Positions 1 to 14,072 of a stretch of DNA of 64,000 nt are shown piece by piece. The position numbers were made by a program, and so were the translations under genes. Position 1 is the first letter of the stretch; each line of letters opens with the position of its first letter. The DNA comes from Octopus vulgaris (lineage: Eukaryota), in contig OX597819.1 of assembly GCA_951406725.2 (NCBI GenBank), positions 88,722,001 to 88,786,000 on the forward strand. The letters are read 5' to 3'. The notes beneath the pieces are model-generated. The model saw only the letters and a program-made list of their open reading frames with translations. It did not search any database and was not told the origin of the DNA.

Positions 1-446
1 CATCTTTTTTCTAGCGTGCTTACGATTCTACCCAGTCACTGTCTTAAATGGAATAATAACTGCACTCATCTTGAATTGTTTAATAATGAAATGGTTTTGT
101 GAAACCGCTTTGGGGTCTTATTAAATTTCTTCCAACTACCTGATTTTTTCCAAATTTTCTACACTGATGCAGTTTCGCATGGTAATGATGAAAATTGAAT
201 TCTTTCCCCCCCCCCTTTTTTTTCCCTGGAAATTAAGAAGTAAGACGTTTTCGTCAACACACAAAACTTTATCGAAACTATATATTTTAAAAAATAATTT
301 GGAGTAAATTTCAAATACTTCAAGACGGTGGAAGAAATTTTAGCAAAATCCTTGCTTTGTTATCACTTCTTGGTGAGATTAAGTTCAATAATCTGAACCT
401 TGTTTGGTAAGATGTGGTAACGGGACATAACTACGTCAGTGATATA

Positions 447-1336
447 CAAAGTATCCCAGAATTAATTAAATATTTCAATGAAATTGGGCAAATTGAAAAA
501 AAAAAACTGACAGAATTTTATGCTTATTACTTAATTATGACACCAAAATAAATAGATTTGTAAATCTAATGTCAAAACTTTATTGAAAATTTTCATCTCG
601 TGCTCCATCCCTGCAAATTTCAGCATTGCAAAACACATTTTGAAGCATTTCTGGAGTTATGTCCTGCACTGCTGACAGAGAATGTGTTCTTTAAGTTCAG
701 CTAAACTATTGCTCCATCATCGGGATGGAGGCAGAGAAAATGATTGCAGCCAAATTGAAAAAAAGCTGTCATGGACAGATAAGCAGAATCCAAAAGGAAT
801 GGAAAAAAAAATATTCAAAAATAGGTGCAGGAGTGGTTGTGTGGTAAGTAGCTTGCTTACCAACCAAATTGGTTCCAGGTTCAGTCACACTGTGTGGCAC
901 CTTGGGCAAGTATCTTCTACTATAGCCTCGAGGTGACCAAAGCCTCATGAGTGGATTTGGTAGATGGAAACTGAAAGAAGCCAGTTATATATATGTATAT
1001 GTATATATATATGTGTGTGTGTGTGTTTGTTCCCTCAACATTGCTTGACAACTGATGCTGGTGTGTTCACGTCCCTGTAACTTAGCGGTTTGGCAAAAGG
1101 ACCGATAGAATAAGTACTAGGCTTACAAAGAATAAGTCCTGGGATCGATTTGCTCGACTAAAGGCAGTGCTCCAGCATGACCGCAGTCAAATGACTGAAA
1201 CAAGTAAAAGATTAAACAAAATAAAAAATTTATACACTTTTAGTACATATTAAACAAGATAAACATAAATAAAAGTGAATTTTTAAAATAATTGTCTGAT
1301 TTCACTGAAATAAATAGTTTATTCTGGAACACCCTG
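447..1336. mobile_element. Degenerate Tc1/mariner-type non-autonomous element with nested SINE
   Basis: Left end ta|caaagtatcccagaattaattaaatatttcaatgaaattgggcaa is an imperfect inverted repeat of right end ttgtctgatttcactgaaataaatagtttattctggaacaccctg|ta; TA on both flanks. Confidence 0.6.
824..1210 (+). mobile_element. tRNA-headed SINE family A
   Basis: Head ggtgcaggagtggttgtgtggtaag...ggttcagtc (A/B-box-like), central (TA)/(TG) tract, tail ggcagtgctccagcatgaccgcagtcaaatgactgaaacaagtaaaag; many copies in window. Confidence 0.85.
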
Positions 1337-3606
1337 TATCATATGTGGCGACTTTGTGCGGCAATGATGACCCTCAGAGATGTTAAGACCATTACTTAGA
1401 AACAACCAATTGATGAAAATTTGTCTACTTCAAATCATTAGGTACTTGTACATCTATCTCCAGCAAATAACAGTAGATAAGCCTGTAATATGTTTAATTA
1501 GAAACAGAATATATCACAGCTGTAAAAATATGGTGTTATCTAATATAGAAAAGTGAAAAACATGGAAAATATTTTTGTGTCTTAGGTTTCTCCTTTGTAA
1601 CAAGTTTCCTCTCTGATCTGAAATTGACCAAAGCTGAAATATGAAGAATCCTGAGTATTAAATTGTGACTGATCTTTGATCTTTGCGACCTCAGCTCTTG
1701 AATATAATGAAGTAATCAGAATGCAAACAAAATCTTCCCAAATACTTCTGTATTAATACTTTTAAAAAGAATTTCATAACTGTGAAAGGTCATTCAGTCT
1801 ATTCCACATTGACACAATCTAACATATGACAACAAAATTATTGACTTCCTAAAATTGATTTTGGCTTGGTTGAGGCAAGTTTACAAATCACATTTACAAC
1901 CTTATAATATTTCTTGCTATGAAGCTATTTATAGACCTCACTATCAAGAATATGACACAAAGACAGATGGCAACATCACCACTAATGATAAGATTTAATA
2001 TTAATCTTAGACTTGTATTCAGTAGAGAATTTTTGTGAAAATATCTTACTTTAACATTCCTGCAAAAACACTGCATCTTTCCATAACACACACACACTCA
2101 TATGGGAGGTTATTTTGAAACAATGTATCAATGAAAGCCTAACAATGCAATTTAAAAAAAAAAACACAAACTAACTTTTCGTTTAGGGAGCAATTTTTAA
2201 AATGAGTTCTCAAAAAGCCCCTTTCCAAAAAGTATAGTGGAAATGAGATATATATGAGAAAAATAAAACATCAGGGAGGCATAATACTGGTTTCAAATTT
2301 TTGTACAAGGTCCGCAGTTTTGGGGGATGGATAAATCAATTACATCGACCCCATTATTTAAATGGTACTTATTTTATTGAATCTGAAATGATGAAAGGTA
2401 GAATTTGAACTCAGAACATGAAGACGGATGAAATGGTGCCAAGCATTTTGCCCTACATGTTAAAGATTCAGCCAGCTTATGGCCTTATGGGAGACATAAT
2501 AATATTAAATTCTGTTTGTCAAAGTAAAGTGAAAAATGCTAGAATTTAAATTGTAAGATATTCTAACCAATCAGCCACAGTGGTATTTTATTAATCTACA
2601 ATTTATTAATTTATCAGTAACTCAAAAGAATTTACCACCATTGTTTTTGTACTAGATCCACAATGAATGGCAGCATCCCTGACAGGTTAACAACAAATGT
2701 TCATGTTCAAATTATTTTACTTAAGGATATTAAAAGTAGCAAGTTATTCAAATAGAATCTTTTGCTGAGGTATCAAAACTATAATGATATCTGTCAGGCA
2801 GCTGATGATGGATGTATATGTTTGATGTACTTGTTAACTGTGATCCTTTTGTATCTTGTGATTCTTCATTGAAATTCTGGTTATTGTAGGGTTAAACTTG
2901 GTTACAGGGTATCTTGGGTTATGGTGGTTTTGTATATATCCACCTTGTACCTTGAGAATATCTCTGCACTGCACTAACTCACTGTCTCTTTTTTTTTTTT
3001 TGTTTTGTAGTAGGGGAAGTCTACTAGTATCTCCTCTTCAGCAAGACACCAGTTCCTTTCCCTCAATTATCCTCTCACTTACTTCAAAACTATACTCCAC
3101 TCAATTAAGGAGTCTTATCTTGTGAGTACTTATCCTCACTAGTGCCAGCACCATATAAAAATACCCAGTACACTCTGCAAAGTGGTTGGAATAAGGAAGG
3201 GCACCCACTGTAGAAAATGGAGGTCAGTGCAGTCCCCTGGTCTCTCACTTTCTGTGAAACTGTACAACTCATACCAGCATGGAAAAAGGGACATTAAATA
3301 ATGATGATGATGATGATGATGATTGATATTGTGTAATTGTCCTTCATAGGAATTTTAATTCTGGTATGGTTAATACTTGTTTAGGGGTTTCTTGTTTAAG
3401 GAAGTTTTGTTGCATATGTATGTATAGACATTATTTCAACTGAGATGTAAGGTGTTAAAGTGGTATGTGAGGTTACTTTGAAGTATTGTTTCATTGATGT
3501 TTTATAGAGATATTAAATCTATAACAATGCAGTTTGGGGACGTATATATACTTTTAAAATTCATTTTCATTTTTACTTTAACAAACGGATTTTGATACTT
3601 TTGAGA

Positions 3607-3660
<54 letters not shown>

Positions 3661-3698
3661 ATATATGTATATGTATACACACACACACACACACATTC

Positions 3699-3833
3699 AT
3701 TAATATTTAACAGAAGCAACAGAGTGACACAAGATCTGAGGGCTTCATGTGTTAGCACTTATCAAAGTGATAAGTGCTAATGCACAAAACTCTTGGATCT
3801 TGACTCACACTGTTGCTTCTGCTAAATATTAAT
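3699..3833. repeat. Fold-back inverted repeat with degenerate hammerhead-like motif
   Basis: Arms of about 66 bp around aag (3765-3767); right arm reads TGATAA-GTGC-taat-GCAC-AAAA. Confidence 0.75.
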
Positions 3834-4012
3834 AAAAATATACATATACTCATATATTGTCTTCTATTCTTCCTGTTGGCATCACCATACCTATAGACAT
3901 GCATACATATACATATCCCTCTTTATACTGCAAATTTTGGAAAAGTTCCAATAGAATTAAAATATTTGAAAAATGAAAACTCGTATTAAAATCATGTTGT
4001 TATATTCTTTAG

Positions 4013-4379
4013 TCTTTTACTTGTTTCAGTCATTTGACTGTGGCCATGCTGGAGCACCGCCTTTAGTCAAGCAAATCGACCCCAGGACTTATTCTTTGTA
4101 AGCCTGGTACTTATTCTGTTGGTCTCTTTTGCCGAACTGCTAAGTTACTGGGACGTAACACATCAGCATCGGTTGTCAAGCGATGTTGGGAGGACAAACA
4201 CTGACACACATACATATGACAGGCTTCTTTCAGTTTCCGCCTACCAAATCCACTCACAAGACTTTGGTCAATCTGAGGCTATAGTAGAAGACACCTGCCC
4301 AAGGTGCCATGCAGCAGGACTGAACCTGGAACCATGTGGTTGGTAAGCAAGCTACTTACCACACAGCCACTCCTATGCC
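4013..4379 (-). mobile_element. SINE family A
   Basis: Reverse complement of the 824-1210 element. Confidence 0.85.
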
Positions 4380-7300
4380 TATAATCATATTGTTATACTA
4401 TTACTCTTTTACGGCATAGAAACTTACAAATTTCTGTTTTATACATACATACATTGCATACATGAATGCACACACACATAATCAGAGTCTATAGAAATTG
4501 GTAGTGGTCTGCATCAGCAAAAATTATACAGTGAAATTCATGAGTCTGCATAAGTTAATCTATCATAAGCATCTTAAGTATTACCATATTCGATGGGAAC
4601 ATGATTAAGAATATTTAATTTGTGACTGTTAATCAATTTTAGCAAGATTCTAAATTCAGAACTTTATTTACAAATATTAATACTTTGATTTTGTTATGTC
4701 TAGAGTCATTATGTCAATATTAACACACACTCTGGTTCAATTCCACCCCTTTATTATTAGTCAATTGGTTAAATATCCAACTAACTAATTGATTACTTGT
4801 TAAATTGGTTAAACAACAAAATTTGTTTCAACACATGAATTCACATAAAGAATTTTGCAAACTAGATACAAAACCGAATTAGAACTTTAGGATAATTATT
4901 AAGATAGTAAATGCTGATACTATCTTCTTCTCAGCATTCAACTCATAACTTTAGCTACATGTTTTTAAGATACATCTCCTAGAAATACATACAGTAGTTG
5001 GAATTAAAATAGGTTAATACTACAGGCCTATTTCTTTCTTAGATAACATGCATTCAACATTTAAGAGAAGTTAAGCCTACCATTTAAAATTTATGACTAA
5101 TGAACAACTAAAATTTCATATAGGAAGCTATGCTCTTATTTACAACATAGTTTCCACTCTCCTGTTCTCTATATGAAATATCTATTGATATAGCAAATTT
5201 GGAATTTGGTGGGGGATAACTGCTTGTTTGAATCACTTAGCATTGTATTTCAAACCCAATCAGGATATTAAACTCACTTCCTTTCTCTCCTGTTCCATAA
5301 TCTGACACTTATGACTTAAACAGAATTTGGTCTAAGAAAACATGGTGTGAGGTACTTAATAGTACATACTAGTTGTGAGTAGACTATTTTATATGTAAAA
5401 CTTGAAGCTACTTTATAGCAATATTAACAAAAAAGAAACATGTCAAAGGATATCAAAGCAATGAAACAAAGCTTCAGAGACAAAGGATCATGAAATCAGA
5501 TAATCAAAATTAACAAAGAACATATTACTTCAATTGACAATTGCTGCTTACATTGGAAGTTGAATTACCACAAGTAACAAAATAGAGTTTATTGTTTCTG
5601 TATGAACAGCAAGTCTTCCTGAATAAAATCTTGAGAAAACTGATCCACAAAATGTGGTGTACAATATTAAAACACAAATCAAATAATAATGATAGTTTCA
5701 AAAATTATATTGAACTATTGATGAGAATTTACATTGATGGAAAGAAAAATGCTTTATTTTCTTTTTCTTATTTCCAGTGGCTTAATGAAAGAAGATGATG
5801 GTGGTATATTTTAAAAGGGAGTGAAGAAGAAGAGCCCGTGGTTTATTTAAGAATGGGATGAGGAAGGAAGCTAGTGGTCTAGTTTGGGGAAGGTGATAAG
5901 AAAGAAAAAAAAATGTCTATTTAGAAAGAGTTAGAAATGTCATCTTATAAAATTGGTTTGTTGTATATGTTCTTGTTAAAAGTTTTTCGTTTAGTCCTTG
6001 TTTTTAGTTCTAAATAATACAAAAAAAAAAACAAGAAAAAACAGACAATAAATGGAACAATCACAATTGTATATACTTACAATACATTAGTGGAGATTAA
6101 GGATCAAGGAAAATATATACATAAATTACAGTGTGTAGGGATGTATGTGTGCATGTGTATTATTTTCATTCCTCTGTTTGCAAGTATTTTCATCATTATC
6201 ATCAAATTAATGTCCACTTTTTCATCCTTGCATGGGACAGGTAGAATTAATTGACACATATTTCCTACAGCTGCACACCTTTCTTGTTGCCAACCCTCAC
6301 TTCTTTCCAAGTAAGGAAATATTTTCCCCAGACCGGACGTTTTTGTGGATGATTGGAAATAAATGACACCACTTGTATGACAGTGATACTTTTTTACAAC
6401 TAACTTGGGATGCAAAAGCAAGGAGACTCAAACACACACACAAATATACTATAGGTTTCTTTCAGTTTCTGTTTACCAAATTCACTCACAAAGCTTTGGT
6501 CAGTCTATAGCAGAAAACAATTGCCTAAGGTACCATGTAGTGGGGTTGAACCTGAAACCACAAGTTTGAGAAGTAAACTTCCTAACCACGCAGCAATGCC
6601 TGTATCTATACTTTAGACAAAGCTGTTGCTGCATTTGGTACTATTAAAATATTGATAATGAAATTATTGTATACAGTGCTCAGGTGCACCACAACTTGTC
6701 AGAAAGTGCGTATAAAGTATATGCAGTAATGTACAAATGTCTGGAAAGCGAACAATGTATGAGTCAGATACATGCTTGTGTGTGTATGGAGGCGAGAAAA
6801 TCAGGTGTAGGGCAGACCAGTTATATCTGTAGCCAACACATCTTTTATCTTTTACTCGTTTCACTCATTGGACTGAGGCCATGCTGGGACACCACCAATT
6901 AGAGTTTAAGCTGAATAAATTGAACCCGGCAGTTGTTTTTTAAGTCTGGTACTTATTCTATCAATCTCTTTTATTTAACCTCTAAGTTACAGGGATGTAA
7001 ACAAACCAACACTAGTTGTTTAGGAAGACAAATACAATCACACACATATGAGGGCAGGGCAGAAGGTAATGCAGTTTTTATTTGCATTTCATTTCCTTAC
7101 CTTTGCATATACAAGAGTCAGTTAAAAGTAAAGCAGATAAAAATTGCATTACTTTACGACACACCCCTGTGTATATATATGTATGTTTGTGTGTGTTTGT
7201 ACGACAGGTTTCCACCCCAGTTTTCATCTACCAAATTCACTCACAAAGTATTGATCAGCCTGAGGCTATAGCAGAAGGCACTTTCCTAAAGTGGGACTGA

Positions 7301-7423
7301 ACCTGAAACTCCATGATTACAAAGTGAGCTTCTTAACTATATAGCCATCATGCCTGTCATGCCAGAATAAAAATATGCATTCAAACATAGAACATACATC
7401 TTTGGAGGTGTTCATGTATGTAC

Positions 7424-7811
7424 TCTTTTACTTGTTTCAGTCATTTGACTGGGGTCATGCTGGAGCACCACCTTTAGTCCACCAAATCGACCCCAGGGCT
7501 TATTCTTTGTAAGCCTAGTACTTATTCTATCGGTCTCTTTTGCTGAACCGCTAAGTTACAGGGAAATAAACACACCAGCATCGGTTGTCAAGCGGTGTTG
7601 GGAGGACAAACACAGGCACACAAACATATACACACGCATACATACATACGATGGGCTTCTTTCAGTTTCTGTCTACCAAATCCACTCATAAGGCTTTGGT
7701 CGGCCCGAGGCTATAGTAGAAGACACTTGCCCAAGGTGCCATGCAGTGGGACCGAACCTGGAACCATGCAGTTTGTAAGCAAGCTACTTACCACACGGCC
7801 ACTCCTATGCC
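7424..7811 (-). mobile_element. SINE family A
   Basis: Full-length copy of the same family. Confidence 0.85.
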
Positions 7812-7989
7812 TATGTATGGAAACATACACACACATTAACAGTTTTCTTTTGGATTATTGACCAAATCATTGGAATTTCAGACATAGCATTTTCGCTATG
7901 TTGGAACTGTTCCAGCTCTTTGTGTTCTGAATTTAAATCCCACTGAAATCAACTCTGCTTTTAACAGTTGGGAAGTGGAAGACATGGAA

Positions 7990-9400
7990 AAGAACATCTT
8001 CAGAAATAATTTGAAAGAAAAGACAAAGATAACAAAACAAGCAGCAACACAAAATACCCTTTTTTTTACCCAAATGTGATGGGTTAATAAGGAGAGATTT
8101 GGGCTAGTTTAATGAAAACGAAAAAGACGGAATGAGTTTTATCACAGAAGCAATGCTGGAAAGGTTAGAACAGAAGTCAAAAACCTCTCAGTTTTAGAAA
8201 CAGAGGCAGCCGGATTTCTATATGTTCTCAAAAAAAAAATTGGAAGAAGCCAGCAGTGTTGTAGGATGTACACTTCACTGATATGACATGCCTTATGGAA
8301 GAAAGAATCAAGTAAGAAGGCAGGAAGAGCTGATGTGCTGCATATCTGCCTACAGAAATAGTTTCACAGTATATGGGTTTCAAAGGATTGCTTGTTGGCA
8401 CCTTTACACACATGTGGTGTTGATTCACAATAACATGATTGAGTGTGGGTGGGGTCTTGTTATTGCAAATGCCCCAGATCCTGACGACTCCCAAAGAACC
8501 GAAGTATTCCAGGACTGCAGGACTGTACACGATATTGGAAGCAGAGAAGAGGTTAATCAAAATAGTTGCTACACATCTTTGGCTCACTTAAAGGCTTGAT
8601 GACTTCTGATAAATACAAAAAAAAAAAACCTGACAGCTGTACAATACTGAGAGTGCAGAGAGGTAGCCAATTAGACTTGTGGTGCAGAGTAGAAGGCCCA
8701 GTTGTTACACATGTAGTAGTAAAGGTCACTTAAGGGCCTTTCCTCAAAAGAAAAAGCTAAAGAAAAAAAATAGTGCCAGACAACAGCAGAGGCTACAACA
8801 AAAACAGTAGGAACTAAAAGTGAACATTATGACTGGCAATCACTGATTCCAGATCACTACCAATTGCGACTCTGAAGACAGCCAGAGCAAAGGAAAGTAC
8901 CTCATCTTCAGTAACATCAGCACAAGTAGCTGATGATAACTGAGGTATTCAGGTGTCTCGTCATTCATCACCAGTACCACCCCATTGACTCTCAGCAATA
9001 GAGAGGAGAGATTCTTTTCTACTCTAGGCACAAGGCCCGAAATTTTGGGGGAGGGGGCCAGTTGATTACATCGACCCCCTGTACATAACTGGTACTTAAT
9101 TTATCGACCCCTGAAAAGATGAAAGGCAAAGTCAACCCCAGTGGAATTTGAACTTAGAACGTAAAGACAGACGAAATACTGCTAAGCATTTCACCCGGTG
9201 TGCTAATGATTCTGCCACCTTGCTGTCAAGTGGAGAGAAAGATTGGAAAAAAAAATGGGGAAACCCCTGGGGACAGAAAACAAAATGCAAGAGACTGGAA
9301 GAGGTACCTATGTCGTTGATTTTCTGAGATTTACAGTTGTGAAGACTACCAACTATAACCTGATGGATCTGCTAAATAGCCAGGAAAAAGATAAATAAAT
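7990..9400 (-). mobile_element. Probable ancient, degraded LINE remnant
   Basis: Non-repetitive, protein-like composition with faint resemblance to the CR1/L2 C-terminus (…SFF..RT); fragmented and interrupted by the SINE at 9013-9222. Confidence 0.3.
9013..9222 (-). mobile_element. SINE family B
   Basis: Matches the consensus ggcggcgagctggcagaatcgttagcac...ttctgagttcaaattcc...gactttgcctttcatcctttcggggtcgat. Confidence 0.8.
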
Positions 9401-10070
9401 TACTGTCTTGACTGAAAGGCAGATGGGGGTCAGAATTTTAAGAACACCTAAATCATAAACTACAACAATAGTCTTTAAACAGTGAAAGTGCTGCCAAAAA
9501 TATGAGGGAATATTCTTGCCTTAGCTAACACTGGTAATTCTCACAAGAACATTCAGACTGTAGTACCTGGGGCAGAATGTAGTCAGAGTAAAGAGGTAGT
9601 GAGTGTTCACTTCTCAGTGGGTTAGAGATGGTATTATTTGTTTTGTGTACTGAATTATTTACCTGTCTTAATATATTTATGTGCTTCAGGATCCACTGTT
9701 CCAAAAAAGAATTCAATTGTTCAGGACTCTTACACTTTAAAGTAGAGCAGTGTGTGTGTATACAAGCAGTCTTTTAATCTGTTACTGGAAACAGCCACTG
9801 AGCTGAGTCCCAGTTGAGCCATGGTCAAGAGTTTTAATTGATTATATTGACACTAGTGATTTGTCTGTGAGTGTATGGATAATAGATGCATGTTTCACAC
9901 AACAAAATTCATCTAAAAGTGTTTCTCATTGAAACAGTTCAACAAGAGTTTCAAAATTAAATAAATTTGAGGTGTGACAACAATCTCTACATAAATAGAA
10001 TAGAATGGTCTGGAGGAATTTCAAATATATCATACAAAATAGATAACTGAGAAGAATATGTTTTAGAGTA

Positions 10071-10661
10071 TGTAAATACATAGATTTAATCAACAAAGTA
10101 GTTATTTAAACCTAGGAAATACACCTGGTGACATGCCAGTTAAATCACTTTCACTGTCTGTGGCTACCTGATGTTATCCACAGTGTTGATATAAATCCTA
10201 CAGGATATCCTTCATGGATTACCTCAGTGTCCGTCGGGTATGTAGTGATGCCATCTTGGACATTTCCAGCACTCATGTGCAGGGTTGGAGGCTTCCGAGA
10301 GGCCTGCTGGAAGTTCCCTCATGCGCATGCGCAGAAAGCTAGCAGCAGAGAAATTCTCTCGTATTGCTCTCTTGGACGCCAGCAGCTGAACAAGACATAC
10401 GTGTTTTATTAGCTCTCTCAAGCAGCTACCTCGTGACATATCTCTGCTACGCCTGAATGGACAGGATTTGGCTCACTCCACTTGACTACTGCGATAAGCT
10501 CCTAGGCTGCTGATTCACCCAGATGAACAAATGTATATATTGTGAATCAAGAAATAAATATTTATACTGTTGAAATTAATTGGAATTCTTGACTCTTTCT
10601 TCCATTAATATTTAATGTAAAGGATGCGAGCTGCACCCTTCCAGTGCGGGGACCTCTTACA
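10071..10661 (+). mobile_element. Solo LTR
   Basis: Starts TGTAA, ends TTACA (5-bp terminal inverted repeat); 4-bp TSD agta on both sides; internal AATAAA near 10553; GC/CpG-richer than flanks. Confidence 0.75.
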
Positions 10662-11934
10662 AGTATGTAACAAATGAGAAAAACAGAAAATGGAATTCAC
10701 AAGATGGGCCGAAACAACAGTTGTGACTAATAAAGAATCTTATGAATTCCATTTCCTGTTTCTCTCATTTGTGTGTGTGTGTATGTATGTATGTAAAACA
10801 CAGACACACTCAAATTCTATACATTGTTTCACTGTGTACCAATAAAAAACAGACTGAATGCAAAGGATGAAACAAATGTAAGATATATGCATGTCCACAT
10901 ACACACACAAACATATAATCATTTTAACTTCCACTTCTTCATGCTTGCATGGGTCAGACAGAATTCATCAAGGGAGATTTTCAATGGTCAGACAACTTTC
11001 CTGTAAACAACCCTCATCTGTTTCCTAGCAAAATAATATTTATCCATGGTTAAACAAGTTTCCATGATATATTGGAAACAAACAGGGACCACATGGATGA
11101 CAGGTGTGTTCATAAACAACAATCACATGATACCAAGACAAAGACATGCAAACACACACACCACATAATGGATATCGTTCAGTTTGCATAAACCAAATCC
11201 ACACGCAAGCCTGAGCTGAAGACACTTATCCAAGGTGCCCTGCACTGGGACTGAACCTGAGACCATGCAATTGAAGAGTGAGCTTCTTCATTACACAGCC
11301 ATGTCTGTGCTTTATAATGCCAATGTTCCTTTTATAGAGCCACATCCCCACTTACCATAAGCCTCCCCACCCAGCACCTTTTCTCATTCTCTTTATTTTT
11401 TCCATCACCTTATCTTATTATTATTTTTTTTTCTGATAGAGGTCTACTGCCCAAAATGTCAAAACTCTTTCTCATCCTTTTAAGCATCAGACTAATACAA
11501 TATTTATTAAAACTTGTTCCCTCCTATGTGGTCATCTTTTTTCTACTCATTACATGATTGTTGAAAATGAATGTCATTCATTTTCAAATTTCTGCAGCAT
11601 GTCTGGCCATGGGGATATATTTACCTTGCTTGGAAATAGATAAGAGCTGGTGATAGAAAAGGCATTCAGCCATAGAAAATCTATCACAAAAAACTCCATC
11701 CGACCCAAGCAAGCATGGCAAAATGGACATTTAAACAATGTTGATGATGATGATGATGCATGTATGTGTGTGTGTGTGTGTATGTGTATAGTGTATATAG
11801 GTACAAGTGAGAAGTTCAAGACAGTACTCAATGTCATGAGGTGAGCATTTTTTATGCTTATGACAGCTGGCATCACATATCTAGTTATTCAAGCATCACA
11901 TTCCCAATCATCAGACTATCTCACTCTCTGTGTA

Positions 11935-12022
11935 CATGTATGTATGTATATATGCATGCATACATACATACATACATATGTATATAAGTATGTATTTATT
12001 TATATATATATATATACATGAC

Positions 12023-12057
<35 letters not shown>

Positions 12058-12190
12058 CACATGACATGTATATATATATACATACATACATGTATATATA
12101 TATACATACATATAAATACACATACATACATATGTATATATATATGTATATACACACACACATGCACATATGTATACACACACACACACA
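11935..12190. repeat. Compound TA/CA microsatellite
   Basis: Seen directly in sequence. Confidence 0.9.
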
Positions 12191-12779
12191 TTAGATGAGT
12201 GCTGGTGAAACAAACTAGATAGATATTCTGCCAACTAGCCAACTCTGTCTGAGGACTGTCCATGTACACAAAGCTCTCTGAGTAATGGAATGATGCAATC
12301 TGGAACTGTAATAAATATATCAATCATTTATTTCGTTTGTAGAATAACCATGTACATAACAACACTTGCAAACATACACATGCACACACACACGCATAAA
12401 TATACATGCATGAATGTACAGAGTTGCAAATAAGAGTACTCAATACATGTGATAGAGCTTTTGCTTTATTTGTTTAAAGCTGCTGATTCCCTTTATTGCT
12501 TTTCAAAGTCTTTCACCGTGTGTCTTCCTGCCTGAAGAAAATCATACATGGTAAAAAAGTTTGAGTCGTAAAGGAGAAAATCTTCAGCTTAAAGCAAATG
12601 CACATGCACATACACACATACAATTTTTCCAGAGCAGCAGTTACAAACAATCTCACACTTTTTAAAAAAATTTTATACATACATATACAACTGGTAAATT
12701 TATATCAAATGTTCTACTTCCAAAACAAAATACCCTTAACAATATATATAAACAACATGTATTTGCAACATATATATAT

Positions 12780-13035
12780 ATCAAAATAAGCAACAAGTAT
12801 ATCCGAGGTAGAGTAGTACAGTTGTTTCATGCTACTTCATTTTATTAAACACTAAGTATTACATCAGTTTTAAAATGTCGAGCAATCTTCAGCCACTTAT
12901 AGAATTTTCCAATCTAGTGGCTGAAGATCGCTCGACATTTTAAAACTGATGTAATACTTACAGTGTTTAATAAAACGAAGTAGCATGAAACAATTATACT
13001 ACTCTACCTCGGATATACTTGTTGGTTATTTTGAT
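12780..13035. repeat. Near-perfect inverted repeat (arms about 118 bp), each arm with a hammerhead-ribozyme motif
   Basis: Arms 12780-12897 and 12916-13035 with an 18-nt spacer; about five mismatches and one 2-nt indel. Confidence 0.92.
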
Positions 13036-13133
13036 TATAATCACCCCATTTGATTTATATGGATAATATCATACAAAATTCTGGTGCCTTTGACTTAAGT
13101 ACCATATTCATCTGAATCTAAATTTTGCTGATC

Positions 13134-13183
<50 letters not shown>

Positions 13184-14032
13184 TCATACATAGTTTAGAG
13201 TCACAGACCCTTATACACTACACACATCACTTCAATTAACACATCTTTGTTTATTTGACAACATATCTCATAAGTGCATTATTAATTCAACAAAACGAAT
13301 AATAACAGGCTGGACATTTCAAAACATACATACTTTCAACTTAATCCTTTAATATGTGGAGCAATTAATTTTCAAATAAATGTTCATGGTTCTTTTAAAA
13401 GTATTCTTTTTCTTTTTCAAAGTCTCACTCATTCTTTTGCTGTTTGTGATGCTCAGTGATTTGGTAGAAATGATAGAGTGTTGGGTTAAATGTATTACAG
13501 TATTTAGTTGTAAGTTCAAAACCTGCTCAAACCAACTTTATTTACAAGTTTTGAGCTAAAAATCCGTTTAGATCTGCTTTTGCTGTCCATTCTTGTAGTA
13601 CCAGTAATATGCTGAATCACACTTCCATTTGAAGTTTAGCCTTGTATTTAGTAAAACTGAGTTGAGAGATATTTGTTTTGAAACATTCCTTTTTTATTTG
13701 TCCTTAGAACAGAAGCTAAACTCAGTGATGGGTATTTTACTTCAATTTTTGTTCTCCTGTTCTCCTTTTTTTCTTTCAGTCTTAATTCACTTGAAAAATC
13801 ATATTAATACAACTGAAAAATTGCTGAAACTGAAAACTTAAGGCAGGACATAAAAATCAAATACAATTTAAAAACTGAAATTGAAATTTAATGCAAAAAC
13901 TTTTTTAATGAAATGAAATAAAACAAAGACTTAAGTTCCAACTGATAAAAACGTTTAATATTTTCTTTTAATATTTAAATCTCTATTCATGTGTCAAATT
14001 TCAATTTCTATGTTTAAACGATTCATTAACCA

Positions 14033-14072
<40 letters not shown>

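Noticed and set aside
8228-8599. Overlapping 119-aa and 103-aa ORFs as a separate gene
   Set aside because: No recognisable domain or splice structure; better explained as decayed retroelement sequence.
11911-12323. ORFs rich in YI/CV/HT repeats (also near 3500, 16250 and 26650)
   Set aside because: These are translations of TA/CA microsatellites.
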